This document shows positions 38,955 to 49,045 of a stretch of DNA of 64,000 bases, in pieces. Both the position numbers and the translations under genes were made by a program. Position 1 is the stretch's first letter, and every line of letters starts with the position of its first letter. The notes under the pieces were generated by a model. It searched no databases. It saw nothing but the letters and a program-made list of their open reading frames with translations, and was not told where the DNA came from. This DNA comes from Candidatus Poribacteria bacterium (lineage in GTDB: Bacteria; Poribacteria; WGA-4E; WGA-3G): assembly GCA_958295815.1 (NCBI GenBank), contig OY282374.1:514856-578855 (forward strand), in the 5' to 3' direction.

Positions 38955-39671
38955 ATGAAATTAGTTATTATTCTAGGGATGTTTATTTTTTTGACTTTCT
39001 CTGCCTCAGCAGGGACGTTTGTAGAGACATTCGATGGTGGGGATTTGGATGAATGGCGGGAAATTATCTTGTTAGATCTTAAGATTAAGCCTGGGACTTG
39101 GGAAATTATTGACGGTGAACTTCACGGGACAATGCGTCATATAGGGCTGCCACGTCTGCTGACGACGGGTGATGAAAAGTGGCGTAATTACACCATTGAA
39201 GTTGATGTATTCCCTCTCGAAAAACACAGTCCCGGAAATATTGGAATAGCTGCGCGAATTCAGGGAACTGTCGGGATAATTAGTCTTATTGGGGATTATG
39301 CCTTCCCATTTCCGGCGAACCCCAACCCTGGACTAACAGTGACATGTTTTGGCGGTGATTTTCACGACAATATTCTCCACTTATTTGGGACTGAAGTTAG
39401 CCCATTGTTGGAATTAGGAACATGGTCTACTATGAAACTCCAGGTGAATGAAGATGTGTTTACGCTTTGGCTGAATGGTGAGCAAGTTTTGCTAGCGAGA
39501 GATGACACCTTTGACTTTTCTACAGGTCGAGTAGGTTTGGTTCTCACAGGTTATACGGTGAAGTTCGATGATTTGGTGATCACCGGCGATGGCATCCCAA
39601 ATAAGGGAAAATTATCAGTAACCCCGACAGACAAACTCGCGACAATGTGGAGTAGTTTGAAGCAGTTTTAA
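38955..39671 (+). CDS. secreted DUF1080-type (concanavalin-like / 3-keto-disaccharide hydrolase-like) protein with conserved C-terminal tail ...DKLATMWSSLKQF
   Basis: signal peptide MKLVIILGMFIFLTFSASA, WEIIDGELHG DUF1080-like motif; paralog of 41851-42597. Confidence 0.6.
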   Translation: MKLVIILGMFIFLTFSASAGTFVETFDGGDLDEWREIILLDLKIKPGTWEIIDGELHGTMRHIGLPRLLTTGDEKWRNYTIEVDVFPLEKHSPGNIGIAARIQGTVGIISLIGDYAFPFPANPNPGLTVTCFGGDFHDNILHLFGTEVSPLLELGTWSTMKLQVNEDVFTLWLNGEQVLLARDDTFDFSTGRVGLVLTGYTVKFDDLVITGDGIPNKGKLSVTPTDKLATMWSSLKQF

Positions 39672-39693
39672 ACTAAAAGAGTGAGGGATATCC

Positions 39694-40254
39694 ATGCTAA
39701 AATCTCCTGCTAAAATCCATCGTGTCCACAAATTTATACACAACAATAAGTTGTGTATCGCCGATCTAGATCGGTTCCGGTTGATAGAAATTAATCGGGT
39801 TGCGTGGGATGTCATCAATCTGAACGCAATGCAACATATCAACACATCACCTTTTTTTCTTATTAACGGCGATGTCCTTCTTGAGAACTTTTCACTACGA
39901 GAAATGTTAAAATGCTTTGATCAAAAGATGATGGGACTCCTGCTAAGTGTACGAGTAGATGATATTCGTCCTTACGGCGAAATCGTATCAGATAGCGATG
40001 GGAGAGTCCAAGCATTTCGTGAAAAACAGCCAATCTGCCGAGCTGGATACATTAACGGTGGCGTGTATCTCTTCAATCGAACTGTCATTGACGCGTTTCC
40101 TAAACACCGAGAGCATTTCTCTATAGAACGAGAGGTCTTCCCATACCTATCCAATCTTTACGCTTTGAAGACCGAAGCGAGTTGGATTGATATTGGAGTT
40201 CCAGAGCGATTAGCGTATGCGAGACAACACTTTCAAAACGGAGCCTGTCGATGA
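39694..40254 (+). CDS. sugar-phosphate nucleotidyltransferase (ManC/GMPP-like) lacking the N-terminal GxGTRL nucleotide-binding segment; possible truncated gene
   Basis: similarity begins about 50 residues into the family (FFLINGDVL ... GGVYLFNRTVID ... WIDIGVP); only 22 bp separate it from the upstream gene. Confidence 0.45.
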   Translation: MLKSPAKIHRVHKFIHNNKLCIADLDRFRLIEINRVAWDVINLNAMQHINTSPFFLINGDVLLENFSLREMLKCFDQKMMGLLLSVRVDDIRPYGEIVSDSDGRVQAFREKQPICRAGYINGGVYLFNRTVIDAFPKHREHFSIEREVFPYLSNLYALKTEASWIDIGVPERLAYARQHFQNGACR

Positions 40255-41720
40255 ATCCCGACATCTTTCGAGCATACGACATTCGCGGCATTCTTGGCGT
40301 GGACTTTGAACCGAAAGATTTTTATCGAATTGCCCGTGCTTTCGCTGCTCGATTTCAACCGAAAATTGTCGCCTTAGGACACGATGTCCGAGAAAGTTCT
40401 TCTCATCTATGGCAACAGGTCGCAGACGGACTCCGAGACTCGGGTGTTGACGTGCTTGATCTCGGTCAGATTTCAACCGATATGCTCTATTTCGCTGTAG
40501 TGCAATATCAGACGGATGGAGGTATTATCATTTCCGCCTCCCATAATCCAGCAGCTTATAATGGCATGAAACTGGTCCGTCAGCATGCTGTACCACTTTC
40601 TTCAGAAACCGGACTCTTTGATGTACGCGATGCCGTTGAAAGCAAAGACCAATTTGAAAAACATATCGCTAGCAAACGCGGCAATCTTCGGACTGCCCTG
40701 TTTTTGGACGCATACCTTGCACATCTGCGGTCTTTTGTGAATTTGCAGCAGCTTTTGAACAGGCGAATTGTCATCAATGCTAATGGTGGACTTGCTGGGC
40801 ATATTGCCGAATGCCTGTTAACATCAACACAGATTCAGATCTGTAAACGGCTATTTTGCAAGCCTGATGGAACATTCACCAACATTCCAGAGGATCGCCC
40901 CGACCCGCTACGCCCCGAGAATCGAAAATTAACGATAGAGACAGTCAAGCAGACAAGTGCGGATCTGGCGGTCGCATGGGACGTAGATGCAGATAGGTGC
41001 TTTTTTTATGATGAAAATGGAGAATTCGTTGAGGGATGTTACATTACGGCACTGCTCGCGGAATGCCTTCTTCAACAAAAACGAGGTGGAATTGTCATTT
41101 TTGACCCAAGAGCCATTTGGGCAGTGGAGAACTCCGTTACTTCTGCCAATGGCACACCACTTCTCAACCGATGCGGACACTCGTTTATCAAAATCCGCAT
41201 GCGGGAAACTGATGCCCTTTTTGCAGGAGAAACCAGTGGACACTACTATTTCCGTGACAATTTCTATGCTGATAACGGTATGCTCCCCTTTTTGTTTGTA
41301 CTTGAAATCCTCTGTGCAAAGAGGAGTTCACTCGCGGAACTGGTTAACCCTCTCCGAGCGAAATATCCGGTTTCTGGTGAAATCAACTTTGCGTTTGAAA
41401 GTCGTAATCTGATGCATGTTGCGATGAACACAGTCGAGCGTACACTGCACCAATTAGGGAGCCATTTCCACCTTGAAGCCCCTGTTGATGGCATGTCGGT
41501 CCGATTTCTCACAAACCGCCGAAGCGGCAATTTCAGTCGTCCAGAACCCGGCAGCTGGCGGTTCAATCTCCGAGAGTCAAACACTGAACCACTTTTGCGA
41601 TTCAATCTTGAAAACGTTGAGTCTCTCTCTCTTCATGTTGAAAAAACGGAGCAGCTTAGTGAAATGCTGGAGAACCTCGGCGGCAGACGAGAAACAAAAT
41701 TTCGTTGGGAAAATGGATAA
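40251..41720 (+). CDS. phosphomannomutase / phosphoglucomutase (alpha-D-phosphohexomutase)
   Basis: active-site SASHNPAAYNG, metal loop DVDADR, sugar loop GETSGH. Confidence 0.85.
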   Translation: MNPDIFRAYDIRGILGVDFEPKDFYRIARAFAARFQPKIVALGHDVRESSSHLWQQVADGLRDSGVDVLDLGQISTDMLYFAVVQYQTDGGIIISASHNPAAYNGMKLVRQHAVPLSSETGLFDVRDAVESKDQFEKHIASKRGNLRTALFLDAYLAHLRSFVNLQQLLNRRIVINANGGLAGHIAECLLTSTQIQICKRLFCKPDGTFTNIPEDRPDPLRPENRKLTIETVKQTSADLAVAWDVDADRCFFYDENGEFVEGCYITALLAECLLQQKRGGIVIFDPRAIWAVENSVTSANGTPLLNRCGHSFIKIRMRETDALFAGETSGHYYFRDNFYADNGMLPFLFVLEILCAKRSSLAELVNPLRAKYPVSGEINFAFESRNLMHVAMNTVERTLHQLGSHFHLEAPVDGMSVRFLTNRRSGNFSRPEPGSWRFNLRESNTEPLLRFNLENVESLSLHVEKTEQLSEMLENLGGRRETKFRWENG

Positions 41721-41850
41721 TTCCGTGAAATGAACCAAGAGAACTTCTCCTAGTAATGGTTTTGAATTATCTCATTATGCCAGGAAGTTCTCATTCTACG
41801 GTGTTGTTCTATTCTGAGGACTTACTTTGAACTCACGTCATAGGAGGATT

Positions 41851-42597
41851 ATGATGAAATCAATTATTATTATCGCCATACTTTTCCTTTTTCCCTTCTG
41901 TACATGGTCAGGCACGTTTCTGGAAACTTTCGATCACGGTGATCTTGAGGGTTGGCAGGAACTTAGTGCCCATGACGCTTTACCCGGTTCATGGGAGATC
42001 ATTGATGGCGAACTTCAGGCAATAATTCCTGGGGCATCTCGTTATCTCATAACGGGTGATGAGACATGGAAAGATTACAGTATCCAGGTTGATGTGATGC
42101 CTCTTGAAAAACCAGGTCCCGGAAATATCTCGATTCTCGCCCGTGTTAAAGGAAATTGGGCAGTTGATTGTGGGATTACCGACCTGATTTTCAATGATCC
42201 TGAATCAAAAGTGGTATGTTCTAGCCTTGATGTTCACGCAAATGAAGGCACCGTTCTGCACATTGAACCTTATCCGGCTTTAAGATCAAATAAATGGTCT
42301 AGACTGAAATTAAGTGTCAATGGAGATCACTTTAGTTTCTGGATAAATGAGAAGAAGATTGTGGAAACGGGAGGAGAGTTTGTCCTCATACAAGACGGTC
42401 GGGAATTTCAACTAAAGACAATGGATCTCTCACGCCACCCGGTAGACACAGGCGGGGCAGGTTTTGGTCTCGCGTATCATACAGCGAGATTCGATAATAT
42501 TACGATCATCGGCGATAGTATACCTGACAAAGGTAGATTACCAGTATCGCCTCAAGCAAACCTATCGACAATGTGGAGTAGTTTGAAGCAGTTTTAG
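41851..42597 (+). CDS. secreted DUF1080-type protein, paralog of 38955-39671, C-terminal tail ...NLSTMWSSLKQF
   Basis: RBS aggagg, signal peptide, SWEIIDGELQ motif, identical last 9 residues to the paralog. Confidence 0.6.
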   Translation: MMKSIIIIAILFLFPFCTWSGTFLETFDHGDLEGWQELSAHDALPGSWEIIDGELQAIIPGASRYLITGDETWKDYSIQVDVMPLEKPGPGNISILARVKGNWAVDCGITDLIFNDPESKVVCSSLDVHANEGTVLHIEPYPALRSNKWSRLKLSVNGDHFSFWINEKKIVETGGEFVLIQDGREFQLKTMDLSRHPVDTGGAGFGLAYHTARFDNITIIGDSIPDKGRLPVSPQANLSTMWSSLKQF

Positions 42598-42755
42598 AAG
42601 GTTGCCATTAAGAATGTCTCTGCTGGAATCAGATCTACATCAGCTGGGTAAATTCCACCACAATGATAGTTTATACATTGTTTAAATTTGAATATGCCTT
42701 TGGAGAAAAATAGGGTTACCGAGTTTTAAAACGACTTTGGATTGGAATAAATCAA

Positions 42756-43925
42756 ATGAGTTTCAGTGTTTTTGAACTATTAACGTACGAAAGAATGATT
42801 TTTTTCGCAATTTTGAGCTGTGGACTTTATGCCAGTTACACTGATTTCCGCTACGGGAAAATCGCTAACGGTTACACCGTGTTTTTAATCGGCTTTGGTA
42901 TAATCTGTCAAATGGTATTCGTAAGTGAAGGAGACATCACCTGGATACACAGTTGTGTTACCCTTTTCGGTGGATTAGGTATCTCTTTTGTATTGTTTTA
43001 TACCGGGATATGGGCAGCTGGGGATGCTAAACTGTTTTGGGGTATCAGTTTACTGATGCCACCGAGTGCTTTTACCCGTACCCCGGAGACGCAATTTTAT
43101 CCGTTGATCTTGATGGTGAATATTTTTCTCCTTTTTTTGGTCTATATCACATTACAGTCCGTCTATAAATTGACCTTTCAACAGCAGCGGATGCTGATTG
43201 TCAAAGGTTTTGTTGCACAAGCAAAGCAATTTCCGAAACGCCTTCTTCAGGTGCTTTCTTATGTCGGTGTAAGTGGACTGGCTTTTTATATTCCCGCACA
43301 CCTTGGTATAGAGTTAGATGTCGCAATCCGCATAGCTCTATTCATAGCGATTGCTTTTGCTTTCAATAGAGTAGTTGAAAAGTACATCCCTCAGAAATAC
43401 AGAATCACATTTCATATTCCGTTTCTCCTTTTAGCTCTCTTTTTGGCTATCCCTTCGCTAATTCAACTCGGTATTTTTATCGTCATTATCTTTGTTTTTC
43501 CATGGTTTCTAATCATGTTTGACTCTGTAGTCCGTTCCGTTTTTACAAAACAGGTTCCTATTGAAAGTCTTCGTCCTAACATGATCCCTGCGGAACGCAT
43601 CGTCAAAATTGAAGGACAAAACATGGACGATAAATACGTGAAAACTCCTGCAGGTTTTGCAAATCCGGCGCGAGATAGCATTATTGTGGATGTTTCATCT
43701 GAAGGGTTAACATCGCCCCAGGTTGAGCACTTGCGCCAACTTGCTGCAGAAGGTAGTTTGAAGGAATACGAAAATAGACTGCTTATTCAGGAAAAAATCC
43801 CATTTGCTTTGATGATTGTTTTGGGCGGCTTAGTGACACTACCTGCAAAGGGGATTGCTTATTCGTTTTTTCAGAGTGCAGAGATGCATCAGGTTTTGGA
43901 GAGAATAGGTTCGTTCTTTTCTTGA
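42756..43925 (+). CDS. A24-family (CpaA/TadV-type prepilin peptidase-like) aspartyl protease domain fused to a long C-terminal membrane/soluble extension
   Basis: YTDFRYGKIAN (first catalytic Asp motif D-x-R-x-x-x-I-P/A-N) and WAAGDAKLF (GGGDVKL-like second Asp); 389 aa versus about 170 aa for CpaA. Confidence 0.5.
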   Translation: MSFSVFELLTYERMIFFAILSCGLYASYTDFRYGKIANGYTVFLIGFGIICQMVFVSEGDITWIHSCVTLFGGLGISFVLFYTGIWAAGDAKLFWGISLLMPPSAFTRTPETQFYPLILMVNIFLLFLVYITLQSVYKLTFQQQRMLIVKGFVAQAKQFPKRLLQVLSYVGVSGLAFYIPAHLGIELDVAIRIALFIAIAFAFNRVVEKYIPQKYRITFHIPFLLLALFLAIPSLIQLGIFIVIIFVFPWFLIMFDSVVRSVFTKQVPIESLRPNMIPAERIVKIEGQNMDDKYVKTPAGFANPARDSIIVDVSSEGLTSPQVEHLRQLAAEGSLKEYENRLLIQEKIPFALMIVLGGLVTLPAKGIAYSFFQSAEMHQVLERIGSFFS

Positions 43926-44771
43926 TTAAAAAATAGCTGGAGTAATCGAGAATATTTACCTTACGTTACTCTCTGGTGTTTTTTGCCTTTGAGTTCTTGG
44001 GTATCCGTACTCTACAAATCTTATCATGTACGGATGATATATAATGACTGTCCCTCCTTGTATACATATCCTCCGTACCTACCACTTGTCACTCACCTTA
44101 CATATTTCCTTCTATTAATTGTGGATTCCACAAGGAAATGCCGATATACAAATCAATAGTGGAACAACTTTGGAGTATATGGGCAATTGACTTGCTATGC
44201 AATCCTTTCTATGCGTGAAATTTTTGCAGAATTTTATGGTATATAGTGGTAATTTTTGCGTGCTAATATCGGAAATGAATTACAAATGAATTTCATTATA
44301 ATGTTTTCAAGAAAAGATAATTACTTTGTTTCTTTTTGATAAACCCAGTGTGTGTCTGTGTTTTAGGGGAGTCTAAGCAATAAATATATACCATTATATG
44401 ATTTTTATATAAATAATGTATATTTATATATCAATTGGCACTAAATTTGCTTGTCTTAATATAGCAGTTCTCACTAAATTTGCATGCTTTTATTAACAAG
44501 GGCGTACTTTGATTTTAATTGAATAAAGTTGTTATCGACTGTGTGTAACTTTCTGAGGAATATATTTGCGGTGTTGATTGCTGATAGTTATCAGTGAAGT
44601 TGTTTTCGTCATAGATATTCAACTGGAAACAACGGTTTCTGACTCACCACTCATACGCGCTAAGTCCTTGAATCAAACTTACATTCGCAAGGAGCGCGCA
44701 TTGCAACGTGACAGGCAGTGAATTTCTTGAACCTGTTCAAAAGCATTAGATGAATCGGGTAGTGTGTAAAA
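43926..44771. other. about 850-bp AT-rich non-coding island (A/T tracts, sigma-54 promoter) upstream of a sigma-54 activator gene
   Basis: no credible ORF; very low GC; direct repeat cactaaatttgc x2. Confidence 0.6.
44436..44450 (+). promoter_or_regulatory. sigma-54 promoter TGGCAC-taaat-TTGC
   Basis: exact consensus; a degenerate second copy (ctcactaaatttgc) lies 40 nt downstream. Confidence 0.55.
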
Positions 44772-46031
44772 ATGAACGACCGAATCAGAGAAGAGAATAC
44801 CTCTAATGAAGTACACATTGTTATTATTAGTGATGTGCCTGATACAGCAAGAAAATTAAAGGACGAGCTTGAACAGAACGGATATAAAGTCTCTATTGCT
44901 ACCGATCGCGACACACAAATCTCGCTCCGCGCTGGCGATGCAATCTTGCGGGTGACCTACGAGGATAACGCTAACTTGCTAATTTCAGGACAACAAAGAG
45001 ATAGCGTGTTTGCGATTGTGGAAGAGGCTCAGTCTGCGCTGAGAAGAGATAAATTTTCAGGGGATTACGGAGAAATTATTGGAGAAAGTTCCCAAATTTT
45101 TGAGGTTCTACAGCAAATTGAAGATCTTGCAGCTACGCCGTTGAGAGTCCTAATTTCTGGTGAAACCGGAACAGGTAAGGGGGTGGTCGCGCGTGCCCTG
45201 CATGAAAATAGTGGCAGATCGGGTGAAATGGTTTCTATCAACTGTGCAGCAATACCAGTAAACTTACTGGAAAGTGAGTTGTTTGGACATGAGAGAGGCG
45301 CATTTACAAGTGCCGATGCCCGACGTATTGGTAGGTTTGAAAGGGCTCACAATGGGACGCTGTTTCTTGATGAAATCGTTGAGATGCCGCTCTCCATGCA
45401 ACCGAAGTTGTTACGCGCAATTGAGGAAGGCGAAATTGAACGCGTTGGTGGTGAAAAGCCAATTGCAGTGAATGTCCGAATTGTGGCGGCTACCAACAAG
45501 GATCTTGCGCGAGCTGTTAAAGATGGTATATTTCGTGAAGACCTCTATTATCGATTGAATGTTGCCTCTATATCTCTACCGATGTTATCAGAGAGAAAGG
45601 AGGATATCTATGTGTTAGTGTCGCATTTCCTTGAGAAATATCGACGATTTTTCAGTCCCTCAATTTTGCAAATCGCTAAAAGTACGCGAGCTCTCCTTGA
45701 AACCTATCCATGGCCCGGGAATGTGCGAGAGTTGGAGAATGCTATTGAGAGAGCTTCTTACCTTATTAAAAAAGGAGTGCTCTTACCGGAGCACCTACCA
45801 GAAGAGATTACGGCGTACCAAAGACAACCTGTGGATGTCTCCAAAGAGATTTCTACATTTGAAGACGAGCAAAAGGTGAGCGTGCCTCTTGGAACGAAGT
45901 TTGACGCAATGGAAGAAGCTTTCATTCGTACCACTTTGGAATGGCATGATGGGAATCGAACAAAAACGGCGGAGACACTCGGGATTGGTATACGAACGTT
46001 ACAGAGGAAGTTGAAAAAATATAACGCTTAA
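44772..46031 (+). CDS. sigma-54-dependent transcriptional activator (bEBP; AAA+ with GAFTSA variant of GAFTGA, C-terminal Fis-type HTH), atypical N-terminal domain
   Basis: Walker A GETGTGKG, GAFTSA, ESELFGHE, C-terminal HTH RTKTAETLGIGIRTLQRKLK. Confidence 0.85.
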   Translation: MNDRIREENTSNEVHIVIISDVPDTARKLKDELEQNGYKVSIATDRDTQISLRAGDAILRVTYEDNANLLISGQQRDSVFAIVEEAQSALRRDKFSGDYGEIIGESSQIFEVLQQIEDLAATPLRVLISGETGTGKGVVARALHENSGRSGEMVSINCAAIPVNLLESELFGHERGAFTSADARRIGRFERAHNGTLFLDEIVEMPLSMQPKLLRAIEEGEIERVGGEKPIAVNVRIVAATNKDLARAVKDGIFREDLYYRLNVASISLPMLSERKEDIYVLVSHFLEKYRRFFSPSILQIAKSTRALLETYPWPGNVRELENAIERASYLIKKGVLLPEHLPEEITAYQRQPVDVSKEISTFEDEQKVSVPLGTKFDAMEEAFIRTTLEWHDGNRTKTAETLGIGIRTLQRKLKKYNA

Positions 46032-46134
46032 TTTCGGTTATCAGAGAATATGATACTTTTCTCTTTGTCCAAATTTTCCCTTGTTTAAACAGAAGCAACA
46101 TGTTAAAATGGTGTGGATGTAGTAACTGAGGAGA

Positions 46135-47451
46135 GTGGACATGGACGCGAAATTGTGGGTTCCAGAATACGACACCCCGGAATTATGGCATAAGGAAATA
46201 TCGCGGCGCTCTTTTTTCAAGGGTGGAGTCACGAGTTTTCTGGGGCTTGTCGCGATGCAGCATTTCGGCTCCAGCAGCTTAGCGCAGCTTGAGGATGTTA
46301 TGCCGCGTGCCAAGCATTGTATCGTCCTGTTCATGAATGGTGGTGCAAGTCAGATAGACACTTTCGATCCGAAACCCGGCACTGAAAACGGTGGTCCCTT
46401 TGCAGCGATTCCAACGAGCGTTAAAGGTATAAAGGTTTCCGAACATCTCCCGCGGGTCGCGCAGCAGGCACATCATCTCTCTATCATTCGTTCCATGGTC
46501 TCACGTGAAGGGAATCATGAACGCGCACGGTATTTACTACATACCGGATATGCACCAGGTGGTGCAGTCAAACATCCAACCCTCGGTTCACTTACCTCTT
46601 ACTACCTTGACGATAGTTTATCGGATCTTCCGAGTTGTGTTAATATTAATGCGCCGACGTATTCTGGCGGATTTCTTGGTGCCACGCATGACCCATTTGT
46701 AGTCAATGATCCGATGCGTCCTGTGGAGGACCTCTCGTATCCGGCACAGATGGACACACACCGCTTTCGCGAACGGCTCAAGATGCTCAGAACAATCGAG
46801 AAGGATTTTATCGCCAAACGGACTGAACGCAGCACGGAAGCACACGAAGCGATTTACAAGAAAGCCGACCAACTCATCAACTCCCCTAAAATAGATGCGT
46901 TTCAACTTAACGATGAACCACTTGCTGTCCGCGAAGCCTACGGCATGAATAAATTTGGTCAAGGCTGCCTGATGGCGCGTCGTCTCGTGGAGGCTGGCGT
47001 CAAATTTGTAGAAGTTTCATTAGATGGATGGGATACACATCAAAATAACTTTGAGCGTACCAGAGAGCTCCTCGATATGGTAGATCCGGCGTTCGCGATG
47101 CTCCTGAAGGACTTGTCCGAGCGCGATCTCCTTGACCAAACTATTGTGCTCTGGCTCGGAGAATTCGGACGTACACCGAGGATTAACAACAACGATGGGA
47201 GAGATCATCATACTAACGGTTGGTCTGCTGTTGTGGCAGGAGGCGGCACAAGCGGTGGACAGGTAGTCGGAAGCACGAATGAAGATGGGACTAAAGTTGT
47301 CAGCGATCCACTCGGCGTGCCTGACCTTTTTGCGTCGCTCTGTTTTGCGTTTGGGATCAATGCAGACGAAGAGAACTACTCCCGCTCCGGACGACCGATT
47401 CGGGTTGTTAATGATGGCATGGTTATAGAGGAGTTATTTAAGACCTTATAG
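46135..47451 (+). CDS. DUF1501 (sulfatase-like) protein with twin-arginine signal
   Basis: RRSFFKGGVTSFLGLVA Tat motif; DUF1501-type core. Confidence 0.7.
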   Translation: MDMDAKLWVPEYDTPELWHKEISRRSFFKGGVTSFLGLVAMQHFGSSSLAQLEDVMPRAKHCIVLFMNGGASQIDTFDPKPGTENGGPFAAIPTSVKGIKVSEHLPRVAQQAHHLSIIRSMVSREGNHERARYLLHTGYAPGGAVKHPTLGSLTSYYLDDSLSDLPSCVNINAPTYSGGFLGATHDPFVVNDPMRPVEDLSYPAQMDTHRFRERLKMLRTIEKDFIAKRTERSTEAHEAIYKKADQLINSPKIDAFQLNDEPLAVREAYGMNKFGQGCLMARRLVEAGVKFVEVSLDGWDTHQNNFERTRELLDMVDPAFAMLLKDLSERDLLDQTIVLWLGEFGRTPRINNNDGRDHHTNGWSAVVAGGGTSGGQVVGSTNEDGTKVVSDPLGVPDLFASLCFAFGINADEENYSRSGRPIRVVNDGMVIEELFKTL

Positions 47452-47516
47452 CGCGCAGCTTGCAAGCGCATATTACTAAAGTATGGATTTTGAAGGCGCG
47501 CCAGCTGGGACAAACA

Positions 47517-48116
47517 ATGAGGGTTATTGCTGGCACATTCAGAGGTAGACGCTTGGCTGTCCCCAAAGGGAACCGTCTCGTCCGCCCAACCACTGATCGG
47601 GTAAAAGAGTCTGTGTTCAGTATCCTGCGAGAACAGGTTGTTGATGCGAATTTTCTTGACCTTTGTGCCGGTACTGGGAGTATGGGGATCGAGGCGTTAA
47701 GCCGTGGGGCGAAACACGTTACATTTTTGGATCGAGATCGGCGGTGCCTCGCAATTATAGAACGAAACTTAGATGTTTGTGGTCTTACAACTGAATCCCG
47801 TGCGAGGTATTATCTACTCTGTCGAGATATTCTAAAAGGGATTAAGTCCCTTCATAAGCAAGCATCTATATTTGATGTTATCTATTTTGATCCGCCCTAT
47901 GGTGTTGGTTTGGAGGACGGTTCGCAGGGCGGTATTGAACTATACACTACCAGTTTAGCACGACTTGCGGAGACCGCGTTACTTGAAATCGGTGGTATGT
48001 TACTTGTTGAACATGCAAAGCAGGTTGTTTTGCCTGACGCTGTTGGAAGTTTAAGTCGGGGCAGACAGGCACGCTACGGGGATACGATCGTATCATTTTA
48101 TCAAAGGAACGTATAG
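47517..48116 (+). CDS. rsmD: 16S rRNA (guanine966-N2)-methyltransferase
   Basis: MRVIAGTFRGRRL...DLCAGTGSMGIEALSRGA...FDPPY. Confidence 0.85.
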   Translation: MRVIAGTFRGRRLAVPKGNRLVRPTTDRVKESVFSILREQVVDANFLDLCAGTGSMGIEALSRGAKHVTFLDRDRRCLAIIERNLDVCGLTTESRARYYLLCRDILKGIKSLHKQASIFDVIYFDPPYGVGLEDGSQGGIELYTTSLARLAETALLEIGGMLLVEHAKQVVLPDAVGSLSRGRQARYGDTIVSFYQRNV

Positions 48117-48178
48117 GTACCTAAGCATTATTAAGGAATTTTTCCTTTTAAACACCGGAAAAAAATACTGGTGGAAGA

Positions 48179-48916
48179 ATGAACATGAAAATCTTGAATC
48201 TTCAATCCGGAACGCCCTTTCAGATGGGCAAAGGTAAAAACTGGCGTGTTGTGCATCCAGATATGGGTTCAACGCAGTTGACACTGAACCATGGGGTTCA
48301 CGCACCTGGTCAAGAATTCACACAGCATTACCACGATGCCTCAGAAGACGCGATTGTCGTATTAGAAGGTGGAGGGGCTATCCGACAAGGGAGTGTTTAT
48401 ACCCCAATTACTGCAGGTGATCTTATTTTTGTACCTGCGACGGAAGTCCATGGAACTGTCAACACCACACCGAACATGGCACGCTTAATTAGTTTCCAAT
48501 CCCCGCCGGATATGGCACTATACCGAGGCGAACGAGATACTCCTAATGAGGCACCGACACCAGCACATGGGCACCGAAGTAACGTTCAAGTCATTAATAT
48601 GGCGCGAAGCGGTCCTGTTTTTGGGAAGCCTGTCGATTGGCGAAGCGTCGTCTCACCGCACAAAGGCTCTGTGCATCTCTCCTTAGACTACATTCACCTA
48701 AATAAAGATGAAGGATTTACGCACGAACCGATAGAGACTGAATCGATCTACGTGCTAAGAGATGGATGTGCTGAAGTGACATCTGATGCTGAGACACGAG
48801 CGTTGGGACAACATGACGTTCTCTTCCTCGCTCCTGGAGACACTTTTTCGCTTTCCAACACAGGGGATGAGCCGACCACAATAATATATTGTTGGGCGGT
48901 TGTCTCTTCTCAGTAG
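48179..48916 (+). CDS. bicupin-domain protein
   Basis: two cupin-like segments with H.H...E...H metal motifs. Confidence 0.55.
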   Translation: MNMKILNLQSGTPFQMGKGKNWRVVHPDMGSTQLTLNHGVHAPGQEFTQHYHDASEDAIVVLEGGGAIRQGSVYTPITAGDLIFVPATEVHGTVNTTPNMARLISFQSPPDMALYRGERDTPNEAPTPAHGHRSNVQVINMARSGPVFGKPVDWRSVVSPHKGSVHLSLDYIHLNKDEGFTHEPIETESIYVLRDGCAEVTSDAETRALGQHDVLFLAPGDTFSLSNTGDEPTTIIYCWAVVSSQ

Positions 48917-49045
48917 CCTTGATGTCCTTAAAATGGTCACTTGCAAGATATATCAGGACGTGCGAATGCCAATCGGTGACGACTTCTGGACGCGTAAGAA
49001 CTGTTTTTGTATACTGGTGCTAAGACCAGAAAAGGAAATTGATGG

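Noticed and set aside
44660-44914. 84-aa minus-strand ORF spanning the AT-rich island and the bEBP start
   Set aside because: It overlaps the sigma-54 activator start in antisense and lies in low-complexity AT-rich sequence
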